Below are positions 8,946 through 17,721 of a stretch of 64,000 nt of DNA, piece after piece (position 1 is the first letter of the stretch; each line of letters begins with the position of its first letter). The notes under the pieces are model-generated. The model was not told the origin of the DNA and ran no database searches. It saw only the letters and a program-made list of their open reading frames with translations. The position numbers were made by a program, and so were the translations under genes. Where the stretch lies: positions 32,001 to 96,000 of IMG/VR virus record IMGVR_UViG_3300005330_000014; one strand, given 5' to 3'. This DNA is from a virus. Lineage: Duplodnaviria > Caudoviricetes.

Positions 8946-9473
8946 ATGAAAACTAAAGAAATCAACGGCTCTCCATATCATTCAAGTTATTCCATGTCTC
9001 AAAAGTATATAGATCATCTTGTTTTAGAAAGAGATAGATACTTGCACCGCGCGCAAACCGCCGCTTTACAATACTGCGAAACAGGAAATGAAAAATACAA
9101 ACGCAGTGCTTTAGGTTTAAAACAACAATATCAGAAAAGAGCTAATAAGATTGATAATATCAGTCAACATTTGTACGGCTCAATTTGGTGTGTTGCGGCA
9201 TCTTTCGGTAAAGAAAAAGTAGAAGAAAGAAGGCGACAAGAATTAGCCGCACGGATTAAATGGATGATTGAGAATAATCAGTTGCCAAACAATATAGGAT
9301 TTGGTGGATTAGACCCTATTGAATACTATCACTCGAAAGGGATATGGAGGTTCTATACTGGTAATAGCATGGATGGTCATGCTTTTGTTTACGGACCTAT
9401 TAAAGCTCCTAATTTGGAAGTCCGCCCAGAATACAATTACAATTCATCAACTTGGTATTGGGTAAAAAGATAA
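8946..9473 (+). CDS. Hypothetical protein
   Basis: 175-aa ORF. Confidence 0.7.
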   Translation: MKTKEINGSPYHSSYSMSQKYIDHLVLERDRYLHRAQTAALQYCETGNEKYKRSALGLKQQYQKRANKIDNISQHLYGSIWCVAASFGKEKVEERRRQELAARIKWMIENNQLPNNIGFGGLDPIEYYHSKGIWRFYTGNSMDGHAFVYGPIKAPNLEVRPEYNYNSSTWYWVKR

Positions 9474-9475
9474 AT

Positions 9476-9991
9476 ATGAATAATAACCTAGAAATCGAAC
9501 GAAAATTCTTACTTAAAGAATTACCAAAACTTGAACAATGCCGTCCAACTTCAATTGGCGCAACTCAAGGATATATATGTGTAACCCCGGATAAATCCGC
9601 AAGACTTACTCATAAAGATGGTAAATACAAACTTACTTATAAAGGTGGAACAGACCCATTAGAAAGAGTAGAAATAGAACAAGAAATAAGCAAAGAAATG
9701 TATGATATTTTGTGGCCTAAAACTGAAGGCGCGCGAATTGAAAAAACTAGATATTATTATAAATACGAATTTAAAAGTAAGCCGATAATTATGAGTGATG
9801 GTCGGTCTGGATTTTATTCTAGCATTTTTCTAATTGAAGTAGATGTATTCCACGGCAAGCATGAAGGATTGATTGTTGCTGAAATTGAATTTGCTAGCCG
9901 CGCGGAAGCACTTAATTTTGAGCCGCCCGATTGGTTTGGAGAAGAAGTAACTAATGATCCTAAGTATTTAAATGCTAACTTAGCAAGTTAA
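9476..9991 (+). CDS. CYTH-domain protein (triphosphate tunnel metalloenzyme / class IV adenylate cyclase-like)
   Basis: EIERKFL, QGY, IEKTRY, EVD.F, AEIEF, P.WFG.EVT.D..Y.N..LA; ATG at 9476 preferred. Confidence 0.88.
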   Translation: MNNNLEIERKFLLKELPKLEQCRPTSIGATQGYICVTPDKSARLTHKDGKYKLTYKGGTDPLERVEIEQEISKEMYDILWPKTEGARIEKTRYYYKYEFKSKPIIMSDGRSGFYSSIFLIEVDVFHGKHEGLIVAEIEFASRAEALNFEPPDWFGEEVTNDPKYLNANLAS

Positions 9992-9993
9992 TT

Positions 9994-10197
9994 ATGAATA
10001 AAACTAAATATCGAATAATTTTAAGAGAAGGTTGGTTCTATCCTCAATACAAAGGATGGATTTTATGGCATGATATTCAATACATAGGATTAGCTAGATA
10101 TTGTTTTGATAAATTAGAAGATGCCGAACGATTTATAGAAAGTCGTCGCGACTACAAACAAGAAAACGGATTTGAAATAGTAAAAGAATATGAATAA
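9994..10197 (+). CDS. Hypothetical protein
   Basis: Packed ORF. Confidence 0.65.
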   Translation: MNKTKYRIILREGWFYPQYKGWILWHDIQYIGLARYCFDKLEDAERFIESRRDYKQENGFEIVKEYE

Positions 10198-10396
10198 ACT
10201 AGACGAATTCCTATTTGTAGAAAACCATAACGGGAATAGTATTGATAAAGAGTCCGCCGAGAAGGGTTGGAATGCAGCGATTGAAGCCGTTTCAAGATTC
10301 TTAAAAAGTAAATGCAGAAGTAGTTATGATATTTATTGGTGTAAAAGTTATGACCACTTACCTTTATCAGTAATAGAAGAAATCAAGAAACTATGA
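10190..10396 (+). CDS. Hypothetical protein
   Basis: Packed ORF. Confidence 0.65.
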   Translation: MNKLDEFLFVENHNGNSIDKESAEKGWNAAIEAVSRFLKSKCRSSYDIYWCKSYDHLPLSVIEEIKKL

Positions 10397-10593
10397 AATG
10401 TACAAATTGCAAACTATTTGGAAAATGTCGTGAAATCCGCGCAGCTACCCGCGAGCATTTCCGCTGGAGTTTTCATAATCTTATAGCTCATCCTTTAAGT
10501 GAAATAGTATTTCTATTAGGGTTTGAAGAGTTAAGTAATAAGATTCATGATAAGAGTATTCCTGAACATGAAGTAAATCAAGGAAGAGGATAA
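10393..10593 (+). CDS. Hypothetical protein
   Basis: Packed ORF; FHNLIAHPLSE motif. Confidence 0.65.
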   Translation: MKCTNCKLFGKCREIRAATREHFRWSFHNLIAHPLSEIVFLLGFEELSNKIHDKSIPEHEVNQGRG

Positions 10594-10597
10594 ACTA

Positions 10598-10849
10598 ATG
10601 ACTAATCTAACTATGATGCTAAAAGCCGGATACGTCCCGCCGCCCGCGTGGATGGATAAGAAAACTGCACAATTTTTTGTTTGTGTGGCTTATTTAGGAT
10701 ATAGAAAGTCTAGAGAGTTATACTATCGTCTTAAAAACTTTCAACCCAACGATAAATTACCAATAACAGAACAATACTTAGTTATGCTAGAAAATTGGAA
10801 TAACCTTCAATTAATTAAAGGGTACTATTATGATATCCCCCGAAACTAA
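10598..10849 (+). CDS. Hypothetical protein
   Basis: Packed ORF. Confidence 0.6.
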   Translation: MTNLTMMLKAGYVPPPAWMDKKTAQFFVCVAYLGYRKSRELYYRLKNFQPNDKLPITEQYLVMLENWNNLQLIKGYYYDIPRN

Positions 10850-11045
10850 ACATTTGTTATATTGGTGGAAAGAATGGGCCGCGCGCCTACTTCGCACCAC
10901 CTACCATTTATTTAATCGGAAAGCTTATCGGCGATGGAAAACTGAATTTTATAAGAAAAGACTTAAAAGAAAGTTTGATTTATATAAAAGTTTAAGCAAA
11001 GAGGATTATAAACTATTTTTTGAATTGGATGAAAAGGAATTTTAA
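10830..11045 (+). CDS. Hypothetical protein
   Basis: Packed ORF. Confidence 0.6.
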   Translation: MISPETKHLLYWWKEWAARLLRTTYHLFNRKAYRRWKTEFYKKRLKRKFDLYKSLSKEDYKLFFELDEKEF

Positions 11046-11056
11046 GGATTGACGGT

Positions 11057-11608
11057 ATGATTAAGTATTATAAACAAAAGTTCAAAACAGATTGTCTATT
11101 AGCCGCCGCTGAGAACTTCACCCAACAACCACGTAATCACTTTGGTAAATTAGAATGGCGAGAGCATAATGGGGACAAATATTTAAAATATCATAGTTTT
11201 GCTAAAGCTCTATGTAAATGGGGTGGCGCTCAAATTGTATTTCAAGGAACTGTCCATTTAAATGATAAACCTGCGATTTTAGGGTCGGTGGCTAAATTAA
11301 GCGGGCACTATATTTGTCATGCGCTGTTTTGGGATGGGCGACACGCCTATTGTCCCCAACGAGATTCCTTTGTTGATTTAAATGAATTGGATATATCGTA
11401 CGTAATATTACATCCACACTATAATCATCCATTAGCTTACAAGAATATCAAACATGTTTGCCATGATTGGGACCGATATATATCAGAATATAAAAACGAA
11501 GATACAAAGGAACCCGAGAGAAAAGAATTAATTACTTTATTTTATAATGGCCGCGCATATCCCGGGGATTTAGTTCGAGCAAACACTAATAGAGAATATC
11601 CTAAATAG
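11057..11608 (+). CDS. Possible papain-like (C39-type) peptidase domain protein
   Basis: KQKFKTDCLLAAA (Q..C) and CHALFWDG (H..D). Confidence 0.45.
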   Translation: MIKYYKQKFKTDCLLAAAENFTQQPRNHFGKLEWREHNGDKYLKYHSFAKALCKWGGAQIVFQGTVHLNDKPAILGSVAKLSGHYICHALFWDGRHAYCPQRDSFVDLNELDISYVILHPHYNHPLAYKNIKHVCHDWDRYISEYKNEDTKEPERKELITLFYNGRAYPGDLVRANTNREYPK

Positions 11609-11619
11609 AAATTACTGGT

Positions 11620-11907
11620 ATGAATACTTTTAATAAAATCTGCGCGTGGTTTATGGTTTTAATGATGGTAGTAATAAGTAATGTAGTGACGTATCGCTGG
11701 ACAACTTACCACGACGAATGCGCGGCCATCGAACATGACTTCGCTAAATATAACCAGTATTTAGATTTTGAATGGAAATCCACCCATGATTTAGGCATAG
11801 AAGAAATTAATAAACAATATAGATTATTTCAGATAAAAAAGGCTATTGAAGATGCTAACGCCCACGCCACCCCACTTGTCCCGCCCGAATCCAAGAGATT
11901 TTTTTGA
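11620..11907 (+). CDS. Membrane-anchored hypothetical protein
   Basis: N-terminal hydrophobic helix. Confidence 0.6.
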   Translation: MNTFNKICAWFMVLMMVVISNVVTYRWTTYHDECAAIEHDFAKYNQYLDFEWKSTHDLGIEEINKQYRLFQIKKAIEDANAHATPLVPPESKRFF

Positions 11908-11910
11908 ATT

Positions 11911-12219
11911 ATGAAACAAACAAATAAAATAAAACCTAAACAATACGAACAAAATTTAAATACTTTACGAAAAAACTCTCCGCATACTCTTTCTATTTCT
12001 AATCAACAGGTAGATAAAAGGTCTAAAATGAAATGTTCTACATGCGGTAATAGCGGCATTGTATATCCTAAATATAGATCAACTGTAGGATATGGCGGCT
12101 CAGGCGGAGAAGATAACGCATCTATGTGTCCCAAATGCTATGGGCTATCTTGCGCCCAATTTTTTCTAGTTGAATCGGGCGGCGGCTATTTTGCCTATAA
12201 AGCCAAACCACTTTGGTAA
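11911..12219 (+). CDS. Hypothetical Zn-ribbon protein
   Basis: CSTCG...CPKC. Confidence 0.55.
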   Translation: MKQTNKIKPKQYEQNLNTLRKNSPHTLSISNQQVDKRSKMKCSTCGNSGIVYPKYRSTVGYGGSGGEDNASMCPKCYGLSCAQFFLVESGGGYFAYKAKPLW

Positions 12220-12322
12220 TTAATTAATTAAATAATTAAAATGGTTTCAGCCAAATCGCTCCCGAATTTTTTTTGAGAATCGGAGATCAAATAAATAAAC
12301 AAACTTCAAAAAATTTAGACTT

Positions 12323-12670
12323 TTGCCAATGACTCCAGAACAACTTATTAAAGATTTAGAATCGCGCGGTTACAAACCCACCCGACAACGTAATAAAACA
12401 AACGCGGACAATACAACTTTATTAGAATATATTGAACTACCTTTCAATTCGGGCGGCTGCATTGATATTTATCCAATATTACCAGATGGATCGGGCGGAG
12501 AAGTAATAATTATCTACACAGAGAATTATAGAGATATAAAGAATCGCGTGGATAATGTATTTGAGTTATCTCTCAATGATAGTGACCCTAATTTTAATTT
12601 AGTCAATTGGATAGTAGAATTATTTGATAAAGGACTAGAGAATTTACCGAAATACGAAAAACCTTCCTAA
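12323..12670 (+). CDS. Hypothetical protein
   Basis: Last gene of plus cassette. Confidence 0.65.
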   Translation: MPMTPEQLIKDLESRGYKPTRQRNKTNADNTTLLEYIELPFNSGGCIDIYPILPDGSGGEVIIIYTENYRDIKNRVDNVFELSLNDSDPNFNLVNWIVELFDKGLENLPKYEKPS

Positions 12671-12947
12671 ACTAGAAGAACTAAGTAAGTATATAACTGG
12701 TGAAAATTTAACGAATTTATTAAATTAAATATTATATTTATTGAATTTATTGAATTACTCTGTAAAATTGCTTTTCGATTTTTATTTTAAGTTTAAAACA
12801 TGCACCCCGTGCGGGCAAAAAAATTTTTGGCACCCCCCGCATTTTCCAAAAACCGTAGGGCACCTATGTTACTAACTATCTTATTAGTTCTCATGTTATA
12901 GTTATCTATGCTATATGTTATCTAGTTAGTTAGTTATCTCTATGTTA

Positions 12948-13012
12948 GTACAAAACAAAAGCCGCGCAACCTAGCTAGTTAGCAGTTATGCTGTAGCATA
13001 GGCGCGCGGCTC
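12948..13012 (-). terminator. Long-hairpin terminator followed by TGTAC
   Basis: GCCGCGC...GCGCGGC stem, TTTTGTTTTGTAC. Confidence 0.65.
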
Positions 13013-13024
13013 TTAGTTAGTTAA

Positions 13025-13393
13025 TTACTCTCCGCTGATTACAGCTTGGCAACCGTCAGCGAACGCTTGCGCATATCGCGTGTCATGTTTGCGGTTATGC
13101 TCAATATAACGCTTGGCTTTATTCACCATTGCGTTGCGTTCATCCGCTAGCCTTGCTATCAGTAGTAATTCATCCCTCGCCGCTAGCGAACTTTTTTCTC
13201 CGTATTCGACCGCATGTATCAGCACGACGCTTTCCCATGTTGGCGTACAATCAATACTCCCCACTGGTGTCTTATTCTCCGCTTGTTGCGCTCTAAACGC
13301 GTCTACTTGCTCGCCCTTGCCTTGCCAGTGTTTGCGTTGGCGTTCGTTTCCCTTGTTGGATTGTTTGATTAGGTCAGTCTGCTTTTGTTTCAT
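13025..13393 (-). CDS. Hypothetical early protein
   Basis: ORF with AACT-repeat leader. Confidence 0.7.
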   Translation of the reverse strand: MKQKQTDLIKQSNKGNERQRKHWQGKGEQVDAFRAQQAENKTPVGSIDCTPTWESVVLIHAVEYGEKSSLAARDELLLIARLADERNAMVNKAKRYIEHNRKHDTRYAQAFADGCQAVISGE

Positions 13394-13411
13394 AGGTAAT
13401 AGGTTAGTTAG

Positions 13412-13561
13412 TTAGTTGTTAAGGAGTTGAATGATTGAGTTGATAGGTTGCGCGTGGGAATAGATGGCAAGCTTAAGCTCGCGACCAATGCCAGCGATGA
13501 AGAAAGCCGCGCGACTAGGGCGGCGAATGATGCACACGAGATGGAGGGCGATGTTTCGCAT
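13412..13561 (-). CDS. Small hypothetical protein
   Basis: ATG directly after stop of 13563-13835 (MRNIALHL..., 49 aa). Confidence 0.45.
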   Translation of the reverse strand: MRNIALHLVCIIRRPSRAAFFIAGIGRELKLAIYSHAQPINSIIQLLNN

Positions 13562-13562
13562 A

Positions 13563-13835
13563 CTAGCCTTTCTTCGCTTGCTGTGCGCACCGATACGCTG
13601 GCGTATGGTGGGGCCAAGCTTCATGTCCGCTAAGGGTAAGGCGGAAATGAGACAACGCATATACAGCCATAGGGCCACAAGCTGACAGTCCGCCTTGCGC
13701 GTTTATCCATCCTTCTGCATAGCCTATATAATACGCCATTTCTACGGGGGACAATTCCCCGTTAGCGTTGTATTTAGGTTGCTCAATTATCTCTGTCAGC
13801 TTTGCTAGCAGTACTTGATACGGTGTTTTTGGCAT
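13563..13835 (-). CDS. Hypothetical early protein
   Basis: ORF with AACT-repeat leader. Confidence 0.6.
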   Translation of the reverse strand: MPKTPYQVLLAKLTEIIEQPKYNANGELSPVEMAYYIGYAEGWINAQGGLSACGPMAVYALSHFRLTLSGHEAWPHHTPAYRCAQQAKKG

Positions 13836-13919
13836 ATGATTGAATTAGTTAGTTAGTTGATTAGTGAGGCTAGGCAAACGGATGGAACGTCACGCTTTAG
13901 CGGCTTTAGCCATTATGGG

Positions 13920-14474
13920 TTACACACACTCTTCAGGGTCAATCTCTGTTAGTCCCTCAGTGTCCACGCTAGGCGCATCGCCCGCACTGCTAGCGCCATT
14001 TCCGCCCTCCCCTGCTAGCTTGTTGAGATTTTGACCGTTGAGCCAATAAACGTTATTCACGTCCTTGGTTAGCATGCCGCTATCGCGCAAAGCGAGTACC
14101 TTGCCTATCTGCTCCTCACGCGTGAGGCCGTTGATACCAAGCGCAATTTCCTTTGCCGGGGTGAACGTCCTAAACGTCCCATAACGCGCGTTAAAGGCTG
14201 CTTCGTTCGCTCCCCGCGTAGGCTGCATTACTGGCGATGATGCGCGCGCTACGCTAGCCATGTCGCTCACTTGTCGCACGCTAGCCGCAATGCGTTGCGG
14301 ATTCACTCCCGCTGCAACAAGCCCATCATATATCTCCAGAGCGTGTTTCACGTCACCTGCCACTAGCATAATTGCAAAGCTAATTGGCGCGTTAATTGGC
14401 GTTTCACGCGGCTCGATAGTTTCCGCTTGCGCGGCTTTTGCCGCTTTCTTCTTTTGAGTCGTTTTCTTTTTCAT
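13920..14474 (-). CDS. Hypothetical early protein (basic N-terminus, acidic C-terminus)
   Basis: 184-aa ORF. Confidence 0.7.
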   Translation of the reverse strand: MKKKTTQKKKAAKAAQAETIEPRETPINAPISFAIMLVAGDVKHALEIYDGLVAAGVNPQRIAASVRQVSDMASVARASSPVMQPTRGANEAAFNARYGTFRTFTPAKEIALGINGLTREEQIGKVLALRDSGMLTKDVNNVYWLNGQNLNKLAGEGGNGASSAGDAPSVDTEGLTEIDPEECV

Positions 14475-14483
14475 CGAAATTGA

Positions 14484-14711
14484 TTAGTTAAGGGTTTCCA
14501 TTTGATTTGCCCATTTCCAGAAAACACTTTGTTTCGCCTTGTCGTTTGTGGCGTCAATTTCCTTGTCGCGGGTTATGTAACCCTGCCAGTAAGAAATTGT
14601 TGAATGAATTAGACGCGAACGAGAAACGGGAGAATCTGCCAATTGCAAAATAGCCGTTTGTGTGTCGCGGAATTGATCATCTAGCTTTGCTTTGATTTCC
14701 AAGGTAGTCAT
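14484..14711 (-). CDS. Hypothetical early protein
   Basis: Packed ORF. Confidence 0.65.
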   Translation of the reverse strand: MTTLEIKAKLDDQFRDTQTAILQLADSPVSRSRLIHSTISYWQGYITRDKEIDATNDKAKQSVFWKWANQMETLN

Positions 14712-14794
14712 ATACTTATACTCAGTTAATTAGTTAGTTAGTTAAATTGACGGGAAAGGGGACGGATGGAACGTCTAACCTTGCCCTTTGTTAA

Positions 14795-15772
14795 TTACTT
14801 GCGCGCGGCTTTCGCGGCTTTTTGCTTGGTCGCAATCATTTCCATATAATCCGCCCCCCCTTTGGCAAGCTGCCATCCTCCGCGCACAGGTTCTACCATT
14901 CCTTCGCTCGCGAGCCAGTTAACGCGGTCAAGCGTGCTCTTTTTCTTTTCGTCGCGTACTTTGAAGCGGAGAACATCTGCCGTAACGTGTTTCTCTTTTA
15001 CGATAGTGTTGAGGATCGTAATGTCTTCCCTCCGCAATCCCTTGGGGAAAAATCCCTTTGACCTAAGCAATTCCGTTACGTCGTCGCCTTTCAGTTTGCG
15101 AATGTCTTTCGCCTTCGCGCGATTGACGATAGGTCCAACTACTTCCTCCAAATCCCCCGGGAATGGCTTAACGCGGTCAAGTAACGCGTTCATGCCATCC
15201 TCCGTAAGCGCAACATCCTCACGGGCCAGAAATAGCTCGGCAATTTTCTCCATCTCGTTGCGCTTGTAAGCGCCAGTGATGAAGGAGCGACAACGGCGTT
15301 GCATCGCCTTATCGAGTGGCATGTTGCTGGCGAAAATATGAATATGATTTGTTGGGTCGAAATGGAAACAGTTTCCTTGCTTCCAAATCGTATGAGCCTC
15401 CGTTACTTGCGTCGTCAGTGCTTTAATCAAATCCAGTCCCTGCTTTTGCGCGTGGAATTCATCCCACAGAATTACGTAGGGGATTGCGCTCACTTGTTGC
15501 GTGTCAGGGTCAAACGACGCGATTTTATTCGCCATTTGATACAACTCCTTCATGCCAGCGTTTGGGGGCACTTCGTGATAATTGAATCCGAAATTGACCA
15601 ATTGCTCGGCCAACGCACGGGCGAGATTGCTTTTCCCCGTTCCTGTGTAGCCTCCCAAAAAGATTGGACGCCATTTGTACACCTCATTTTTCTTTGCGCT
15701 ATTGGCATGCGCCAAAAGCATTTCATTCAATTCCCCGACAATTTCAGTCTGTCCGATATACTTAGTAATCAT
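14795..15772 (-). CDS. ruvB: RuvB-like AAA+ ATPase with C-terminal winged helix
   Basis: YIGQ start, GYTGTGKS Walker A, WDEFH Walker B, QRR arginine finger, GL...D..IL and C-terminal wHTH; RuvB-like length. Confidence 0.7.
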   Translation of the reverse strand: MITKYIGQTEIVGELNEMLLAHANSAKKNEVYKWRPIFLGGYTGTGKSNLARALAEQLVNFGFNYHEVPPNAGMKELYQMANKIASFDPDTQQVSAIPYVILWDEFHAQKQGLDLIKALTTQVTEAHTIWKQGNCFHFDPTNHIHIFASNMPLDKAMQRRCRSFITGAYKRNEMEKIAELFLAREDVALTEDGMNALLDRVKPFPGDLEEVVGPIVNRAKAKDIRKLKGDDVTELLRSKGFFPKGLRREDITILNTIVKEKHVTADVLRFKVRDEKKKSTLDRVNWLASEGMVEPVRGGWQLAKGGADYMEMIATKQKAAKAARK

Positions 15773-15829
15773 AATCAGTTTTCTAGTTAGTTAGTTAATT
15801 TGTTTCCTCTGCATTTGCTTATCAGCTTT

Positions 15830-16140
15830 CCCGCCTTGGAACGGTTTAGAGTCTAGCGGATATGCCAGATTGTCTAAGGTGCATTAAACCGGCAAATCGC
15901 TTGTCTTGAATCGGCATCGTAATGGATGCCTAAACGACTAAGGTTTGCCAACGATGCCAGCGTGACTGTGAGGCTAATACTCGCCAGTCCTAACGTGCCC
16001 ATGCTGTCCAATCGTATCTAGTCGGCAATTCCCGCGTTTCGCAACGCGTTCTCTGCTCTGCATTCTCTCTCTTTATCCGCGCCGAGCACTGAGTTTGTGT
16101 CCTCTCGGCATCCCCATTTCCACACTGCATAGAGAGAATA
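15830..16140 (-). ncRNA. Candidate structured RNA / long leader of RuvB operon
   Basis: No ORF of 60 aa or more; several nested stems and a GCGA tetraloop. Confidence 0.45.
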
Positions 16141-16576
16141 ACCCGTACCCATATAAGGAGCAACATTTAAATACTTAATTTCAGTCAATTTTTAAAATAA
16201 TTCCGCGCGGCAATGTGATGATTGGCATAAAACTTGTTTTCGATTGTTTTGTTTAATCGAAAGTTTGGCACGCTTCTTTTCTATAATCTTTAGAAAATCT
16301 TTAAATAAGTCAAATAAGTCAATTTAATTAATTAGTTATTTACTTTAGCCAATCTAATCAACCCTGCCAAATAATCAATATCCCTAGATAATCAATACGT
16401 CTTAACTATTTAGTTTACTTAAGTTAATAGTTAACCTATCTGAAGTATCCGCCGCGTAGCCGCGCGGCCAAATTGCCGGGTGCCCCTTATTACGTTCCTC
16501 ATACGTTCAAACGGAGGGTCTGTTTTCGCCGCTAGGCATTATTAAGAGTTTAATTGTTTAAAACTGAGGGCCAGCC

Positions 16577-16618
16577 GTACAGCAAGAATGCCGCCCATAT
16601 TAAAGAGCGGCAATCTTG
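16577..16618 (-). terminator. Hairpin followed by TTCTTGCTGTAC
   Basis: TGCCGC...GCGGCA stem after gene 16645. Confidence 0.55.
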
Positions 16619-16644
16619 AAAAGTGAGATTTATTATTTAGTTAC

Positions 16645-17121
16645 TTAATACTCTTCGGGTTCGATGGGTTCATCCATGTCGCTTTCATCGTAACCACTCA
16701 AAACGCAAGGGCGATAACGGCTCATTTTCTCGGCGTGGCAAGACTTACAGGTGCGGCAAAGATAAATTCCGCGCGCATCGCTGTTTGAATGGGAGGGCAA
16801 ACCACTGCCACAATTGCAAAGGCGGGTGACAACGGAGAAAGCCATTACCTCGATACTTTCCCACTCTTGCGCGATTGCCTTTTCATAATTTGGCCGCGCG
16901 CATTCATTCAAGCTTTCCACGTCCACCTTGCCCATCGAATCGCAGGAGAAACTATACCCGCCGTTCTTGGTAGTGAAGTGCAACGAGAAAGTTGTCTCGA
17001 TGATTTCGTGATCATCACGTTCAATATGTTTAGTTAAACCGGCAGCCACTTCATGAGTGTCAAACCAGCGGGAGAAGGAGATGGATGGATATTTCATATA
17101 TTCCTTTTTTAATCCACTCAA
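16645..17121 (-). CDS. Hypothetical protein with C-terminal Zn-binding motif
   Basis: CNCGSG...DARGIYLCRTCKSC; start may be MKYPS (17097). Confidence 0.65.
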   Translation of the reverse strand: MSGLKKEYMKYPSISFSRWFDTHEVAAGLTKHIERDDHEIIETTFSLHFTTKNGGYSFSCDSMGKVDVESLNECARPNYEKAIAQEWESIEVMAFSVVTRLCNCGSGLPSHSNSDARGIYLCRTCKSCHAEKMSRYRPCVLSGYDESDMDEPIEPEEY

Positions 17122-17191
17122 TCAATTCGTGCAACAAAAATTTTTAAATTCTTTCTTAATTACTTATTTACTCTGGAAAATAGTCTAATCA

Positions 17192-17235
17192 GTACAAAAG
17201 GAAACCCCCACTGCCGCGCGGACAATGAGGGTTTC
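17192..17235 (-). terminator. Terminator followed by TGTAC
   Basis: GAAACCC/GGGTTTC stem, CTTTTGTAC. Confidence 0.65.
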
Positions 17236-17470
17236 AAGGTGCTTTGCCTTGCGGCCTATCTTTGAGTTTTAAGCCATCGGCATTTCAGGCGGGCTGTCCG
17301 TTAGGACTTTTATTTGTTTACTTAGTTATTTGTCAGAGACTATTTCCGCCTTCACTGCCCATTACATATCTGCTAGCTAGACAGACTCGGGGACTCGACC
17401 GACGGTTTATTTCAATTTGAGTTTTTCACTTTTCAACATCGCTCTTATTATTGAGCAGGTTATTTCTAAC
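17195..17470 (-). ncRNA. Candidate phage sRNA A (~275 nt)
   Basis: Own promoter and terminator; longest ORF seen 10 codons; multiple stems. Confidence 0.6.
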
Positions 17471-17476
17471 GAGTCC

Positions 17477-17505
17477 ATTTTACCATACCAATCCAAACGC
17501 GTCAA
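17477..17505 (-). promoter_or_regulatory. Sigma-70-type promoter
   Basis: TTGACG-N17-TAAAAT with extended TG. Confidence 0.85.
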
Positions 17506-17665
17506 CAAAAATTTTCAACTATTTTCAAAAATCTTTTTCCATCTTAATTATCCGCCCGAATTGATAGTTTGTTTTAATCTGTTTTAATCCGATTGTTTAG
17601 TTAATTAGTAATTAGGTTATTTGTTTTCTTCATTTAATTATTTAGTTGTTTAGTTATTTGAATCA

Positions 17666-17707
17666 GTACAAGAAAAAACCCGCCACCCTCTTTCGAGAGT
17701 GACGGGC
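17666..17707 (-). terminator. Terminator followed by TGTAC
   Basis: CCCGTCACTCTC-GAAA-GAGGGTGGCGGG, TTTTTTCTTGTAC. Confidence 0.8.
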
Positions 17708-17721
17708 TTCCGTAGGCGATA

